Shown here: positions 62,926 through 64,000 of the stretch, piece after piece | How the letters are laid out: each line of letters opens with the position of its first letter | How positions within the stretch are numbered: position 1 is the stretch's first letter | Made by a program: the position numbers and the translations under genes | Origin: Eledone cirrhosa | Taxonomy: Eukaryota | Direction of reading: 5' to 3' | Assembly (NCBI GenBank): GCA_964016885.1 | Contig: OZ024760.1 | Span: 28,334,001-28,398,000 of the forward strand | DNA: 64,000 nt | Notes under the pieces: model-generated | Database searches by the model: none | Told to the model about the DNA's origin: nothing | What the model saw: the letters and a program-made list of their open reading frames with translations, nothing else

Positions 62926-63469
62926 GCTTCCTGAGATTCGCCAACACTACACCTAATGTTCCTCCTCCATACACATACACACGTGTATATCATGACTCAT
63001 ACACTATTCTATGTACTATACATGCACCTTTGACGAGTTGTAGTGCACCTGAGCACTTTACACAATAATATTATTATTATTATTATTATTATAAGTTAAT
63101 TATCTTCATCTGAACCAGATCAATAATTATCTATAATCATTTGATCCAGAAACATTATATGGAGTAGCGAAACAATTGTAAACAGACATTATAATTAATA
63201 TTATTATTCTCTACATTCCTTACATCAAACTAAAATATGTTGACAATCTTTAAATAATGTCTTTCTTGTGAAATTTGTTGTCTTGTTTTGCTTAACTAAT
63301 GAATATTTCCAGCTCTGTGCACCTAACCTCTGCATGAACCGACCACCTAGCTGCCTTCCACTGCATATTGCACATTGAGCACATGCCTTTACGCTTTTGG
63401 CTTCTAACTAATTCACCAATCTCTCCTCTCCTATCTCCATCTCTCTCTTTAAGATTGGTTACTCTTGAA

Positions 63470-63513
<44 letters not shown>

Positions 63514-63530
63514 ATGTATATATATATATA

Positions 63531-64000
63531 TGTAGTGAAATCTGTCCACACCTTGAGCTTTGGGTGACACCTAAAGGTCAAACTCTAGGTCACCACCCTT
63601 TTGGTGTGAACAGGTTCATGTGTGGGCTATCCCCTCGAGGTGGGAGACAGAAAGCAACAGGTAAACCTTTATATATAAAGTAAATCAGCTATTCTTGTTA
63701 TAATCATTCTAACAACTACTAATACCCTTCGTTAAATTGGTGACCCCGACGTGATATATAAAAAAAAAAGAAAACAACACGCAACCTTTTTTCAACATGG
63801 CCAACATCAACAGCTTTCTCAGCAATATATAATTACCAAGCTTCTCATCTATATGGTACAATATGATAAAACTTCACTTTTTCAAATTATTCACCAAACT
63901 TCCATTCTACAGAATATTTACAGTGACTTCGCTTTTATGTTTCGATTCATTACCAAACACTTCACCACGTGCTTCATAATCTCCAACAACAACAACAACA
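63531..64000 (+). mobile_element. 5' end of an LTR retrotransposon (probably Gypsy-like): LTR ~63531-63736, tRNA-Trp PBS 63738-63755, degenerate gag start 63797
   Basis: Starts with TGTAGTG right after a (TA)n run. TGGTGACCCCGACGTGAT is complementary to the 3' 18 nt of eukaryotic tRNA-Trp. ATG follows 42 bp later. Confidence 0.72.

Noticed and set aside
63165-63190. GAAACAATTGTA half-hammerhead
   Set aside because: No upstream CUGANGA box or stem I partner could be found.

Overview
Eukaryotic, AT-rich, transposon- and microsatellite-saturated DNA. It is most likely cephalopod (octopus-like), inferred from the CORE- and Meta-type tRNA SINEs and RTE LINEs with (GAT)n tails. Three intact spliced genes were reconstructed by hand: RNF146 (minus, RING+WWE), MPHOSPH10/Mpp10 (plus, 11 exons, ~670 aa, head-to-head with RNF146) and a core-2/I-branching beta-1,6-GlcNAc transferase (plus, 3 exons, ~425 aa). 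A class A GPCR on the minus strand is a pseudogene with three identifiable lesions and an ~18 kb intron that holds a 9.4 kb satellite. Mobile elements include two long RTE LINEs, a full-length degenerate L1/Tx1-clade element, piggyBac- and Tc1/pogo-like MITEs, SINEs, and the start of a tRNA-Trp-primed LTR element. There are two main hidden signals. First, several minimal type I hammerhead ribozyme motifs of the Penelope/retrozyme type; three have an intact catalytic core, and one of these lies on the sense strand of an Mpp10 intron. Second, nearly every long tandem array is an amplified fragment of a transposon whose single-copy form is visible in the same window. The very long ORFs over the arrays are artefacts. 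All calls are by eye; no database searches were run.
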